Origin: Orbicella franksi
Taxonomy: Eukaryota
Direction: 5' to 3'
NCBI GenBank assembly: GCA_964199315.1
Contig: OZ116710.1
Coordinates: 10,726,001 to 10,790,000, forward strand
Length of the DNA: 64,000 nucleotides
Shown: positions 23,301 to 56,445 of the stretch, piece by piece
Layout: each line of letters opens with the position of its first letter
How positions within the stretch are numbered: position 1 is the first letter of the stretch
The notes under the pieces: model-generated
What the model was told of the DNA's origin: nothing
What the model saw: the letters and a program-made list of their open reading frames with translations, nothing else
Databases searched by the model: none
Made by a program: the position numbers and the translations under genes

Positions 23301-26300
23301 AAGCTCAGGTCCAATAATCGATGGATAAGCAGCTATGGTGCACATTATCTAGAGTGAAGAGCCTTAACTTGCCTTAAAGAAGATGCCCGATAACGAAAAC
23401 ATGAAGGTTGAAAGCCGAATTTCCGGTAGCACTTTTATAAGATATCAAACGAAGCATTTAAAATATTAATATGTCAGGACGCTTAATAAAACGTCTGGCA
23501 AAGAAGTTTGGAATGGATTTAAATGCTAATCTAACGTTTTAAAGCTAATCTCGCAGAAAAGAAGCGATAAAATCCGGTGATAAAATGACGATTTATATGT
23601 TAAACGAAATTACTGTTTGGTAAAAAAAGAGAGACCCAAGGCCAATGTCATCGAAAACCTCCGAATAACAGAAAAACCAAACAGAGCTTCGCTTACAGCT
23701 GATACTGCGAAAACACATCAGCTGTGTTAAATATACCTTCCCTTTGATAGCATTAATCCAGACTTTTTTTAAGAGTGACCAGTATATAATTTCTCCTGAC
23801 ACAATCAGAACAATGTTCGAAAGTGATGAGATTTAAGAAAATGATATTTGTCTAGCTAAATCTATCGATACCGGCAATTCCTCAAGCAGTGTATTGGTAA
23901 CTTTCTTTCGTCTAGTTCGGCTCAACTCTGTTCTTTGGAAAAGCTCAGTTAACAGGCTCGGAAATTGATTACACTGACGTGTCTCGTGTGATATCAAGGC
24001 CATAAATAATTCTAAGCACTGTTTTGAGCTTGTAAAACATTTTAAGACTTGACCTCGGGTAAAATTCTCAGACAATCACTGAGTTGTCAGTGGAAATTCA
24101 AAGCAACAAAATATTTTGCATCGGTGTTTTTCAGCAGCCAAACAGAGTCCATAATAGCTATATTTCATTGCTAGTCATTATGAAGTCGTTTGGAGCTAGT
24201 TTGTCGGAGAGGTTTTTTTATCCGGTTATTAATTGAGATGATTTTTTAGCAAACATGGCTCTGTTACCAAGTAGCTGTTAACATGTGTCTACTGAAGACT
24301 GCGAGAAGATTGAGCTCGATTTCTAATTTCCATAAACACTAGAATTAAAAAGTCCTTGTTTAACTTTCTTGCTAAAATTAACAAGTCATTCACAAAAAAA
24401 AAAAAATGGGAAAGAACGTTCGAGAAACAGTTTCTGGCATAGGAAATCCTAACACTCAAGACACAATCTGTGAAAAAAGGAAAAATACAAAACATGCACG
24501 TATTTACTGGAAAACCGGCGGAAAGACAAATCCTAAAGTTTTTCTTTAAAAGTCAACAGAAAAAAAACAAACATTGAAGAAACAAAACTATTTGACATCC
24601 GGCTCTCAAAGTACTGGGGACCCACGTTGAAAAAACTGCTCAGGGTGAATGGATATAGAAATAAATTGTTATGACTGAATACGCCCTGAAAAAGATTTTC
24701 CGGGCACTCCCTGTTAAATTAACCGTCGGATTAACTGTTCCGGCCATATCAGCAATTGAACTTCAGACTCATAAGCGTAAAATGCAATAAAATGTATCCG
24801 AGATTATTTTGCGTGGGTACAATAATTTTCTTTCATCCCTAATTCGGTAATTTTGGTTACTCTTTGCGTCTGGTAAATCGATTGACAACCTCAGTGCAGC
24901 ATGAAAGTTTTTGTTGCTGTATTGAGCTATATTGTTAGCTAGATAATGAATGAATGAAAGGCCGTTATTAACATTTTAACGTCCATTTTAACCGCAATGG
25001 TCAGCATTGCAGTTAGCAAAAGTTTCTTACCCAATGAGTCTGCAAGATCTTATATGAAACACAATTTTCTTAACACTTCCTTCCTTTTAATGATTCCTAC
25101 GTGTTCTCAATGCTGTATAATCGAATTTTTTTTTTTTTAACTCGTTTCTGTTTTATTTCTGTGGCATTGTCGGTTACTACAGACAGAGATGTCTTGCCGG
25201 AAAGATTAAAGTTCAGAATTTTGTTCTGGGGGCAGTTTATCTGAAAACGTCATCTGCCTAGCTCTTTAAAGAAACTTAATCCGAGTATTTTTAAATTCTC
25301 TGGACACTGAACAACGCTAAGGTCCAGATTATCTCGAGATTTGTATAGAATTTGACCTTTAAAATTCACAGATTATAGAATTTCAATTTATGATTGCATT
25401 TTTAAAGTCAGTTTATTGAACAGGCGGAGAGAATCTCAGGAATGCGCGCGCAATACTCGGCGTAGTGTTTATTTATTTTACTTTTTTTTCGTTTTGGTAT
25501 AAACATTTCCAGAAAGTTATTGACAGATCAAATTTCCAGAAAACAACAGAAAAGAACAGTTTATTTCCTGAAGATTCCTCTTCCTTCATCAGAGTCCGGT
25601 AGTTTTAACTGAAGCGGATTCCAGTACTCACTTCGTAATATTTGAACTGGCTTTCTGTTTTTTAAATTCCTTTCGACTTCGATTTACATGCTTTTTACTG
25701 CAGTTACGGCAATACTATCGAAATACTAACTTAAATAGCATATCTTCTCATACCAGTGAGCAAATCATTCGTTGGTAGCTTCTCGCTAATTAATCCTGTA
25801 GCCTGCTTATTCCCGAACAAAAAAAGTCAAGAGCCATACATTTCAATCTCCATCACAAATGTCTCTGTAATGTTTAAGGGTCGCTTTCTATCCGGGTTCG
25901 ATTATTGGCTTTTCGAAAAACGGCTTAACACAGTAATTCGTACAAATGTTTCGTTGTTGGAACTGTTCTCATGATCTCAGAGGGTGGTGACTGGTTGGTT
26001 TGCTTGCATTTGGCATTTGGCAAGATCGGTTTCGTGCGACTTGCCTCGGCATTGTTGTACGGCGTTACACGCGGTGTTTCCAATATTTGTGCACGTTATG
26101 TAAAGTATTCAATCGACTGAAGTATACCATGAGAGAGCGGCATATCTGGCAACGTTTCAGTGCAGAACAACATCGTCAAATGCTAAGTGATACCAGCACG
26201 TTATGTACAATAGTACAAGTTACAACTGAGTAACATTCTTGCTGTATTTTAGTTAAAAGGATCAACACCATATTAAATGATATCTGTCTATTTTAGCTGT

Positions 26301-29300
26301 CTTTAGCGCAGAGTATCGAAAGATCAAATACCATAAGACATTCGCACAAAACTGGCAATAACCCAAGAAAAAAAAACCCACTTATCTTGCAGTTTGTATC
26401 ATTTCATTTATTCGCCCGAGGCCAAAGGCAAGGTCTCCTCGCCAGACAATAACTATCACTTGATTCCAGGCGATAACAGCTTCCACAGCTTAAACGTGCT
26501 AATTTTAACACTCTCTTAATTTGGAACTTGTTCTTTCCTTTGTAAACATGACAGCTGACAAGCACAACCATGTCAGCTGTCGGGAAATTGCGGATCAGCG
26601 TCACACACACGCAAACAGTGTATTCAAGGTCGACGAGCATGAACAAGAAGCGACGCGAATCTAAACAAAGTGTTGGGCTGACAGCACTGTTTGAATTTCA
26701 GTACTACGTGACCAGAATGAATTTCAAAAAAGGCGTTTTCCTGACCGGGACATCCAGTGGTTTTACGGTCTAAAGGCTATCTTTTGAGAAGCGTTTCCGC
26801 TATTGGCTTCCTGTGGCATATTGTTCATTAATTCAATTATTACTTCGTGTGCTGGTCAGCAGGGCTGGCCTTTTAAGAGAATTCTGTGATGTAGATCAAG
26901 CTGATTGAAGCAAGCTCGTTTTCTGCTGAATTAAAATCACATGCTCAGTAAATCACGGGATCAAATTGACAAAAAAATCTTGTGAGAACAAAAGACATGC
27001 AGCTTAAAATCTTCGATAATGTCTTGTCAGAAATTAAACAATGTGATCTCAATCATCGCTCTGACAGGGAACAAATTGCCATTGTTGTTCCATCCGCACA
27101 AAAAACATATCGCAACTCTTTGAGAACCTAATCCTACCCTACACTAGGAGCTTAGATCAGCTAATTCTATCGCATCGCCACCATCCTCTTTATCTGCCTC
27201 ACTGAGGTATCAGAATTTCTTAGTCCTCAAAGCGTCCAGTGGTTGTGTGCTGCTTTGATTTGATGTTCTGGAACCTACGAAGCCATTTAAATGATTTCCG
27301 CTTCCCACTGATAGACACGATAACGTTGGCAACGTTTCTGTTGAACGACCTCCTTCGCTCGAGTTTTGACCCGCGTCCAAGCTACAGAATTCAGTGATGT
27401 AGGTGCAGGAATCGGCAAGGAAACACAGGATCGGAAGTATTTATCATTTTAAAAAGCCGTTTGCAACCCGTGCACTAAATACTTGTCTGTCACTAGAGCA
27501 CTTCAGAATTTTATCCTGTGTTGCTACAGGAAAAGAGAACATAAACGTGTATTGAATATTTGCATTTCAATATCGCACACGCCTGTGGAAACACCACCGG
27601 TAATGACAAATACACAGATTTACATTGATCTGTTTATCTAACTGAGATAAAGGAACATTTTTCGCATTTCTATCGAGTTGTAAGAACACTAGTCAATGTA
27701 TAAGAGAACTCGACAAGTGTTCCCAGCGCATATCACATTCTCCCAGTCCCTCTTTTTTTAAACAATTTCAAGTTGTTCGAGCCCGATTTTTCTATGAGAG
27801 TAGTCCATGAGGGCAAGCAGTCTAAACAGGCAAACACCATAAAAGACAGCAGTCCAAACCTACAATAACTACAAGGCCGATTTACACGACAGAACATTTT
27901 TGGCACGGTTCCCATATAAATGGTACGCGAACGAAAATTTCGTCGTTCAGATAAATTTCGTTGCACAAAGACTAATCCATATGCTTTCTTCGTGTTTTCG
28001 GGCATAGTTAGACCTTTTTTGAGCTTGTCGAAGACACAAAATCCAGCGGTTCGTAGTCAAATGTTGGTCAAAGTAAACTTAACTCGGCATGATAGCAGAG
28101 GAAATGAAGTGGGTAATACTGACGTGATTTGTTACTTTGATGAAACTCTTCAACTTCGTACACGTTTCTGTGTATTGAAGTCTATTTATGTTTTATGATC
28201 AATATCGCTTTACTGCTAATTAAGAAACATGTTCATTAGTTCAAACCACCGCTGTATCTCCCAATCAGTGGTAATATAATTATGTAGATGTAAAATATTT
28301 TCCTGTTATAGCAATATATCGTATAACGGTACCTTAACGACCTCGTTGAGGAGTTCGCTGGGGAGGGGAGAGAGGGGCACTACGTTCATACACCCCTGTG
28401 GACCCCAATGATAGCCAGAAAATGTTAAAATAAGTGTTTTCATTCACAGGAGTGTACTTGTACAGGAGCTTAAACCATTTTGCGTAAAATAAAAACTGGT
28501 TGGATTGGTGAAACTGACGAATGGGTAATACTAAAATATTTCTTTCGAAGTCATCATGTACAACACTGAAAAACTATGCGGTAGAGAAGATGGAAGAAGC
28601 AGAAACGTGCAAGCGGTTTGGAAATTTCCGGCATTCTGTGCCAAACGGGAAAAAAGTGTACCCATTAAAGGTTATCCATAACTTCCGAAAAGGGTGTTTA
28701 GAAATTTCCGGATAAGTCGATTTGCAACCGAAAATTTTCTGTAGAATTTGTGTTACGAATCAATAAAACTCTTAGAATATGTACTGGTACATGGTCTCGT
28801 TGTCATAACGAAGTCGTTCATAATTCAGCAAAATCATACTTGGGATGGTTCTTAGTTAGCGTAGATTTTTTACGATGTTACTTCTCCCTTTTCTCCTTAG
28901 TTTCAGTTATGTCAATATGTCAAACACTCGGAGTGTGTTTAACCACATTTCCCACACATTGAAGTTCGTCAATACTCCGCTGCGCGTTGTCTTCAACTCT
29001 CTTCTCGCTGTTGGAAAATGTTGTAAACACGGCCTGTCGTGTTTGATCTAATGTATGTCACTAGTAAACGCATTTTTTTTTTTTAGATTATACCCGTTGG
29101 TGTTTCTGTAATAAGAGGAGGCTAGGAGCATTGTTTTTCCTCCTAGTAAGGATGTTTGTCCATCACAGATGATCCTCCCTGACGCTAAAAGTTACCGCGG
29201 AAATCTATTTATACTATCGATGCAGAGGTTTCGTTTCCATTTCTCTACATATCTCTTGCAAATTGCAAAGGAACAAAAGTTTTTACACCCAAAGTTAATA

Positions 29301-31591
29301 TGGCGCTGGAAGCTTTTAAATGTCGCTGAGAAGACTGAATGGTGCGAGGGCGAGCAGATACTCAGTACATTGGATCTTTTATTTTCTCCCTGGGCCATTT
29401 CCTGCTATAGCCCGGGTTTGCGTTGGGCAAGGCGAGTTCCTCTCATCATTCCTGTCTCCATCCAGGTGTAAAAAAAGTATTTTGGCCTGTCCCTGGAAGA
29501 GGTTGACGTTCCCATTAGAGTTATCAGTTGTCAAACGCGAAAAGGTGTAAATCCTTTTGACGCGAGAGTCACTGTTAACCGAGCCAGGAATTGACACCAA
29601 CAAAGCGTCGCAAACTTTCAAGGAACAATTTACAAACGCGGAATTTCTTCAGTGTTAGCGCAGGCTTGAGGGTGTTTGAGACAAGCTTCCTGAACGTACC
29701 TGCGGATGGTTCTCTGCACATTCGGACACGAGGCAAAAATAACAAAGTTTTACAAGGAAAAACGTTGGCTCTCCCATACCCCCCCCCCCCCCACCCTCCC
29801 TCGGTCTATGCCTTCCGAGCCAACTTTGTGATTTTTGCTGCCTTAAGAAATGTATGAAAAGTTCTCTTATCCCAGATGGCTGGGTATGGAGGGAAGTTGA
29901 CGCTTCATTAAGCCGCATCTGTCGCCGACCTCCTATAAATTTAAAGGTGATATTAAACTCAATCTCCGGAAAACACTGAATTTTAATGTTTTTAAACACT
30001 GACTTTTTATTTTCACATCAGGTTTTACAGATTCAACGTCAATTTGTTAAAAAGGCTACAATTCACCGTGTCTACACTTTTACAGAATTCACAATCTGGT
30101 TCGGACTTGCCTGGCAAGAACCAAAACATGAAACCTGTGCGGTAAAATTATCCTGTACTTAAAAAATCACCAGCAGTCCTTCCACTGCAAGACGGTTAAT
30201 CTAACCGACATATTTTGCCTGCGAATTAATCGCTATCTTAAGATTTACCTTGGCTTTTTAACGTCTTGAAATGAACTTCAGACAAAACAGTGGCTATCAC
30301 TAATTTCATTTCGCACGAAATTGTAACACGAAATCAAACGGCTGGATCTTTGTGGACTACATGGTCATCTTCAAGTTCCAACGTAAGTAGTAACCTGTGC
30401 GTGTGCGCTACAATTTTACATTTGTATCTCATGACCACTGGACACAAACCTTTCTCGGCTCTACCCACCTAATTTATGTTTTCCTAGTCTATACTTAAGA
30501 CACACGCAGAATTTTCCGCCTCTTGTGGAAGCATTCACTTGCTATGGGGATTGCGTCTGAACAGTAATCGAAGACCAAACCAAGCGGCATATGCACATGT
30601 TTTTTTGGATTCAGTTTTACACAGTCGTCAGGAAGCCATTTTACTATCTATCACACAACTCTAGAGACGGAATAAATGGCTATGAATAACCAGTGAATGC
30701 GCATTTTCAGCCGAATGAATTGTCCAGTGCGCCAAATACACAACTTGTACATTACCGTAAAATACAACGCGTGTGCCTTGTAGTGGTCGGAAACATTTAA
30801 TGAGTATTCAAGCATCATTTTGGAATTACTATTTTTTCCTTTTCAAATTACAATTGTCCGATTTCTTTGTTGTGTACTTGCTTTTTCTTTCTATCTTTCT
30901 CTCTGCTAGTCATCTAATTATAAGCAGCAACCATTACGGTCTGGCTGCAGACTAACTACTTTTCGTACGGAGCCGCTCAATTCCCCCTATCCCCCCACCC
31001 CCACCAGACAGCTTCCTCCTAAGAAGTCCTCCTCAGTAACATGATTTCACATAGCTGTGAAAGCGTTTGAATTGCAAGAGGTGGGGGAAGTTCGCATCAG
31101 AACATGGAAAACTTCCCATACCCCTCGGGTAAAGTGATTTGTGTAAGGAGTAGGAATAAACCGGTACGCTAACTTCTGTAGAGGTACGGAACAAGACAGC
31201 GCTACAACAGTCTCCATGATTAGACTCGAGCGCCGTCGACATTTACTGCAACATGGTGAAGTACCATGAAATCATATCGTTTGACAATCACCAACGCTAC
31301 TTTCAACCTGTACTTGGTTTTTAAGGTCCTGATGTCAACACATAAATTCTCCTTTCCTAATCCCCATACATTCTTTACAGTATTAGTTGGGAGAATTTGA
31401 ACATCTGTCATTTATCAATGGCAAGCCTTCCTTACCGCGCTTCTCCGTCGACTCCCTACAGTCCTTACAGTGTAAGCTCTACAAATCTACAGACAGCCAG
31501 ACCTATGATTGCCGAATACACATCGATAAGCATTTACCGTACAAAATATAATTTCTACATATAATCCTGTCTGGCGGTGGACGGTTGCTCG

Positions 31592-50476
<18,885 letters not shown>

Positions 50477-52187
50477 GATTAGGCCTTAACTCGGGAGCTC
50501 CTGTTAAAACATGAATCACATTGCATGCCATAAATATTATAAAAACTTGTACAAGATTTACAATAGGCATATTTCTCACAATCCTGTCCTGTGGCCATAT
50601 CAGTCTGACATATGCTGACTTCATGGTATACTTAATTTCATCTACAAGACAGTTTAACTAAATAACAGGCGACAAAATGAGCATGTAGCTTGTAACAGCT
50701 TTTTGCCCTTGGTAATGACAACAAAAAGGTGGATAATTTTTTCTCTACATATGCCATGTGATTATAGATCTGTATGCCTGTATAACTTGAAAAAAACGCA
50801 TAGAAATAATATTTTTATTCATTTAGAAACTATTGCAAACAACAGAAAGGAAAATCACTGATTATTTCAATTGTAAATCCTCTTTCTTCGAGCAGTCAAT
50901 AAATCCAGATTTCTCATTAATTTCATGCATGCTTGTGATGGAGTTTGGAAAGACTTCCAGAGCTTGTAAGCATTAACCATCACTTGCAGACATCAAATTT
51001 AGAGCTTCCCTTTTTGATACCAGCTAAGAATGAGACACAGTGTACTTCTGCCTCAAGGGAATTTTAAATAACTTTTAAAATTTAGTCATAAGTGGTAACT
51101 CGTTTTCTGCAGGAAGTAGGCGTCAGTTGTCACATGTAAACACCTCCACATTGTCTGCAACTCTGATCCTTGGCAATAAATGATATATTTTAGCACACTT
51201 GCAAAAATCAGTGGCAATTTCACCTAGTGTTCTCAGCTTGTTTCCATTCAAATTCATTTGGAAACAAAAATTCTGGTTCTGTGAGTGAAACATTGTTAAC
51301 ATGACAGGAAAATTGAGATTAGCGTCAAACTAACAGATATGATTTTCATTACACCTTGCAGTAAGCACTTGCTTATGCCTTTTTTTATTTACAACCAAAC
51401 GATCACATATCAGTATTCCTTTCCAGCAAACTGCAAGATCACTGTTAAGAAATTAAGCAAATTAAATTTGAAATGATCAGAAAACCATCACTGATGACAC
51501 TAATTTAACATTGAGCTTACCCTTGGAGTTTCAGTTTCTGCCTGAAGAATTAAAAATCAAATCACCCACTAATTTCAACTGACACAAACGGGTTTTCGTG
51601 TACAAGCAAAATCAAAAAACTGAAGGAGTTAGCAACATTCAGCATGATTCCGTCTTATGTTGCCTTGTCGCTGGATTGAACTCGGCCGCTAACGTAGAAC
51701 ATAACATAGCAACTATAAAATTAATTTAAAACTTTGATTTATTTCACAATTACGTGCGCATTGTCGAAAATTGTACTGACTCTCAGATAGTGCACATCAA
51801 CGTATTCATCTAAGAAGAGTAATTTAAGTTTACATAGTATCTAAAGTACTTTACTTACAAAGTGCACAGCTCACAATATTCGCCCGTTTACAAAAACTAC
51901 ATGTAAGCTGATTTTAAGTAAACGCTTAATATTCCAACTACAAACATGCCTAACAAAGTACTGGCCATAAAAAGTCTACAGCACGAACTGATAAACCGTC
52001 CCTTGAGCAAAGTTCCTGTTTAAAATTGCACATTTTCGGGTGAAATCCGGCAAATGAAGTGAAGTTTAACTCGAGTATCGCATTGCTTGCCTACTTCTTC
52101 CGCCTGCCCTAAGAGAGATATACCTCCAAACAGAGCTCGAAAGAAAGGTCAGAAAAAGGAGATACTATCTACATGATCACCACTTAC

Positions 52188-52290
52188 CTGATCAAGGAAC
52201 TTTGATCAAACTCCTCCCTCAAAGAAGGTAATCAGGAGAGAAAACGCTCCACGTTCCACGAAGACAAGGAGAATATGGCCGGGACCGGTT
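52188..52290 (-). other. AP1G1: Probable non-coding first exon of AP1G1 (5' boundary approximate)
   Basis: Consensus donor CAG|GTAAGT at 52188/52187. The ATG exon has its own acceptor 24 nt upstream of the ATG (exon starts at 50500). Confidence 0.65.
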
Positions 52291-52407
52291 ATGCGCAAGT
52301 GCGGTGGGAGGGACTCGGGCTGTAAAAGCCCGGATGTAACAAAGCCCTGCAGACGAGAAAGCAGTTCATTTGAGTAGCGGTGTTGCTCTTAAATATTGCA
52401 TAAAAAC
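52290..52407. promoter_or_regulatory. Compact bidirectional promoter between AP1G1 and the RBIS-like gene
   Basis: CpG/GC-rich gap of ~120-220 bp between head-to-head first exons. Contains an ETS-like CCGGATGT (~52329) and a YY1-like ACATGGCG over the RBIS-like ATG. Confidence 0.6.
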
Positions 52408-53990
52408 ATGGCGCCCGGTAAAACACACGTGAAATTGAAGCTGAAAAATAAATTTCAGACGAGAAAAAGAAACAGTTCTGGTGTCAGAAAGGCCAAGAAC
52501 AACAGTCTCCCTAAAAAGAAGGTACAATCATCTAAGGAACTAATAACGTCCAGGAACATTTCAGCTTCTTGTGTCTTTTTCCTCGACTCACAAATGCAAC
52601 TCAATGTTGTAATCCGATCGCAGATGAATTGATTAATAACTGGTCTTCGTGACCCATGATGATGCACATTTAGATTCCTTTGACTGTTTTGGGTGCAACG
52701 TAGGAGAAGGAACAGGGTATAATATGAAGGAAAGGAAAAGAAATTCTCTATGAGAATTGATAAAAGATTGGTGATGGCATGTGGGAAGTGATGAAAAGGG
52801 GGGAAAACCTACAGCAGAGTGGAAGCTAGAGGAAAATCAGCAGTGGCAGATCTAGGGGAGGGACACAGGCCCTCCCTTAATTTGGGAAAAACAAAAAAAA
52901 ATGCAGAATGAGGAAAAGCCAGCAGGGCAAGCACCCCCCCTCCCCCCCACCCCTTAGCATGCAATGAGGAGCTTTATAGATAAACAGTGCAACAAACAGT
53001 AGAGTAGGAGATAAGACAAAGGGCTTGCGGTTGGATGTAAGTTTTGAATTGAAATCTAAGATCCAGTTGTTCAAAGGATTGGCAATACATCCACTGGATA
53101 AATTACCATCAAGTGAATATCATAGTTGGTTTTATTATGAAGTTAATATTTGATTCTCTTTACATCTGATTAAGGAGCTCTTACACTTCTATAGGTCTCT
53201 ACAATCTACACTCCAACTTACCCACTGAATAGTGATTAACACATTGGATAGCATTATTCACCCTCGCACAACCTGGGGACAGTAGACATACAGTGTATAA
53301 TGTTTGTTGATATCGTTTCTTCTGTTTACAGTTAAAAGAAAAAACGTTCCAGCAGATTGAGGAGATCAACAAGAGTTTTACAGCTGTCCACAACACACTG
53401 TTGATTGAGGCTAAAAGTCCAGGCGGGACTGATTCAAAAGTCAAGATGACAGAACAGCAATCGTGTGATAAGGTAAAGATAATGAAAAAAAGAAAGCTCT
53501 TTTGTGAACTCTTCCACTCTGGCTAGGCACACATCTAATGTGTAACCAGTTGAGCTCAAATGTTGATCAGAATCTATTTTCTTCTACCAATCTCAACACA
53601 AAGTCAAACCTGCTGGTGGTGAGAATTAGTTGATCTTCAACTGGTTAGAGAAGTGTCCCACTAAGACCTAAAAACTGTGGCAGACATAATGATAGTTATA
53701 ATAATTAAATTTCCAACACCAGTTCTTCAAAGAAGAAAAGAAAAGTTTAAGTTAAAGTTTCAAAGTTTTGTCATCAAATGTTATCAATTGCTATGGCAAT
53801 CAAGATCATTTGACAAATAAGGCTTGTCACCTGTTCTACATGTTAAGCTATAACATAGTGCATTTCATTTCAGCTGACATTGTTTTTATTTCTTTTCGTG
53901 CAGATCAATAAAGAGAAACTCATTCCATCGAATAAAGATGTTACTCAAGAAGAACTGTCAGAGACTGTCGAAAACATCGCAAATCTGTAG
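52408..53990 (+). CDS. RBIS: Small basic protein, ribosomal biogenesis factor (RBIS/C8orf59)-like, 3 exons, 113 aa
   Basis: Exons 52408-52521, 53332-53472, 53904-53990, all phase 0 and GT-AG: MAPGKTHVKLKLKNKFQTRKRNSSGVRKAKNNSLPKKK-LKEKTFQQIEEINKSFTAVHNTLL...-INKEKLIPSNKDVTQEELSETVENIANL*. Size, basic N-terminus, IEEINKSFTAVHNTL (cf. VNRVNKAFVNVQKEL) and the C-terminus resemble RBIS. The gene model is firmer than the identity. Confidence 0.65.
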
Positions 53991-54591
53991 CTGTTGATGA
54001 AATGCTAACAATGCAAGGGAACGTACACAACTTCGCCCATCTGCTCATCAAAACTTGTTCCAATCAGGATTTTGATGGTTCAGGAAAAATGCTATGTTGT
54101 AAAGGGATGAAAGCATGAATGGTACCCATGAATTCTATGAGTATCTGGTAAGATTGGGAAAGTTTAAATCAGGCTTCTTTTCATCACGAAAAACAACAAC
54201 AACAGTTGAAAACAACAACAACAAAAAACCAGAATTAGCAAAAAGTAATCTTGAACAGTTTTGGGTGTCCTTTATTTTTCTCTGCTGAGAAGAAAAATGA
54301 GTTTTATTAACTTTATTTAATACTGTTTTATAGCCAGAGAATGTAAGTAAGATTACTTTCCCGAGAAAATTAAACAGGATATTTTTCTTTACGTAACACG
54401 TTTTCTTTGTTTGCCGTACATCTCTAGATAGCTGTACAGTTTGTAACGCTAGCTCACTAAGCAGTGAGAACCAGTTCACAGGTGATTAGAGCCGATCAGG
54501 GATGTGAATTGTATTTGCTGTTTTAGTGTCTTTGTGTACGGTAGTTGCACAGAAAAATAGTCAAATACGAACATGGGTTTCGTTTAACTCA

Positions 54592-54957
54592 GGCCCCATC
54601 CACGCTACGCCGAGGAAATTTGAAAACGCAGCTTTATTTCTACGGTTCGGCCTACCGTCCACACTAATCCGTCACCAAAACGGAGCCTTTCGAAAACGAC
54701 CTTCAAACCGGAGGAATTTAAAAACGCCGGCTTTTCGTTTTTGTGTGGACGGAAAACATTTTGAAAACGGAGTTAAATAAAAACGATGACCTCGCGACAA
54801 TCGTGTGATTTCACTGCCCGCGTTTTTTTTTTTTAAACAGAAATCCAAAATGACTGGTGATTGTCGTGCTTCTAAATTCCTCCGGCGTACTGTGAACGGA
54901 ATTTTCAAAGTAAACCCTCCGTTTTTCAAATTCCTCCGACGTAGTGTGCACGGGGCC
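54592..54957. mobile_element. PIF/Harbinger-type MITE
   Basis: TIRs ggccccatccacgctacgcc / gacgtagtgtgcacggggcc, flanked by TCA/TTA. Confidence 0.75.
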
Positions 54958-56127
54958 TTAAACAAGAAATGATAACAACGAATTATCATTAAAGTTTAAA
55001 ACTAGTACTGCTAGGACATCTGCAGTGTAAGAATGAACGAGCCTTCCATGACATTTTTGCGGCTTTTCAAACACTTTCCGTTGCGTTACCATGTTTGCAT
55101 TCCGAAATTTCTAAATAACATCAATCGAAGTTTGAAACTTTCGAAAACGATCGCGAAGATATGAGCAAACTTCATTAATGTCTAGTAAATCTCTGTACTT
55201 TTCTTTTTGAAATATTCTTTTTTGCAGTTAGTTGTCCTTTACAAATTTTTGTACACACCATTTATAATAATACAGAAAAAAAACTCGGTAGTGTATTGTT
55301 ACTATTGTCTACTTGAAGCATCGGCAAACATGTGAAGAGACAACAGGCGAATTTTAATTAAATGTAAGCATTTTAAGCAATCCAAAATACAGCTACTAAG
55401 GCTTGATCCTAAATCAATTAGAAACAGATCTACGTAAATGCCAAAAAGATCAACCAAGAAGGGTTGCTGTTATTGTTTAAACTTTAGACTGCAATGCCTC
55501 GGGCGTCGAAAGCGGTAGGTACAGAAGTATTGGTAAACGGTAAGATCTTGCATCGAAGAATTTACATCATTGTTCTCATAACCTCACAAGGCTTGCTGAT
55601 CATTCAGATAAAATTGGATTTGTTTTCGAACAAAATCACCTAGTTTCGTCGATCGTCCCCACCGAAAATTAATTTTACCCTTCTCGTAAACCACAAATCA
55701 TCCAAATAGTTTCTTTAAATGTTCCATGGGACGCACAATGTATTTAGCTTGAAAATGGTTGCCTTGCTACTCAATTGACTCAATTCTTTGGCTTTTTTTG
55801 AATATTAATCAATCATTTTAATTAATTAGTTAATTACGTTGAGTGCAGCGGAGATAAAATGCTATTTATACTGCTTGCTTTTAATTTAGTTTCATGATTA
55901 CAATAAAGCAATTGTGCCGGTGTAATCTCGCATATTTACAAATTTGCGCCTTATTAGGCTCTGTGAAAATGGCTAAAAATTATTATTCAATTGTTAAAGA
56001 AATCATTGAGCTTTAATAATTGTTGTTTACACCTGTTTCGAGAAAGTTTGTCCTACACGAGTGCAAAGGCGTGCGCGACAAAATCGAAAGGTATTATGGG
56101 TAATGGTAGTTAGCGTTGCTTGATTGA

Positions 56128-56445
56128 GGCCCCCTCCACACCACCGCGGTCGGAGAAATTGGAAAACGCAGCTTTTAATATTCCTGCGGTTAGGTCGACC
56201 GTCCGCACTAATCTGTGACGAAAACGGAGCCTTGCGTTTTATTGCGGACGGAGAACATTTTGGAAACGAGCTTTTCGAAAACGATGACATCCCTGACCGA
56301 GCCTCTCTCAAACAAAAGTACAAAATGACCGGTGACTGTTGCATTTTCAACTTTCTCCGGCGTAGTGAGGATGGAAAACATTTGATGCGTTTTCAGAGTG
56401 AAAGGCGCCGTTTTCAAGTTTATCTGGCGTAGTGTAGACGGGGCC
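56128..56445. mobile_element. PIF/Harbinger-type MITE
   Basis: TIRs ggccccctccacac / gtgtagacggggcc, with a TGA 3-bp duplication on both sides. Confidence 0.75.
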
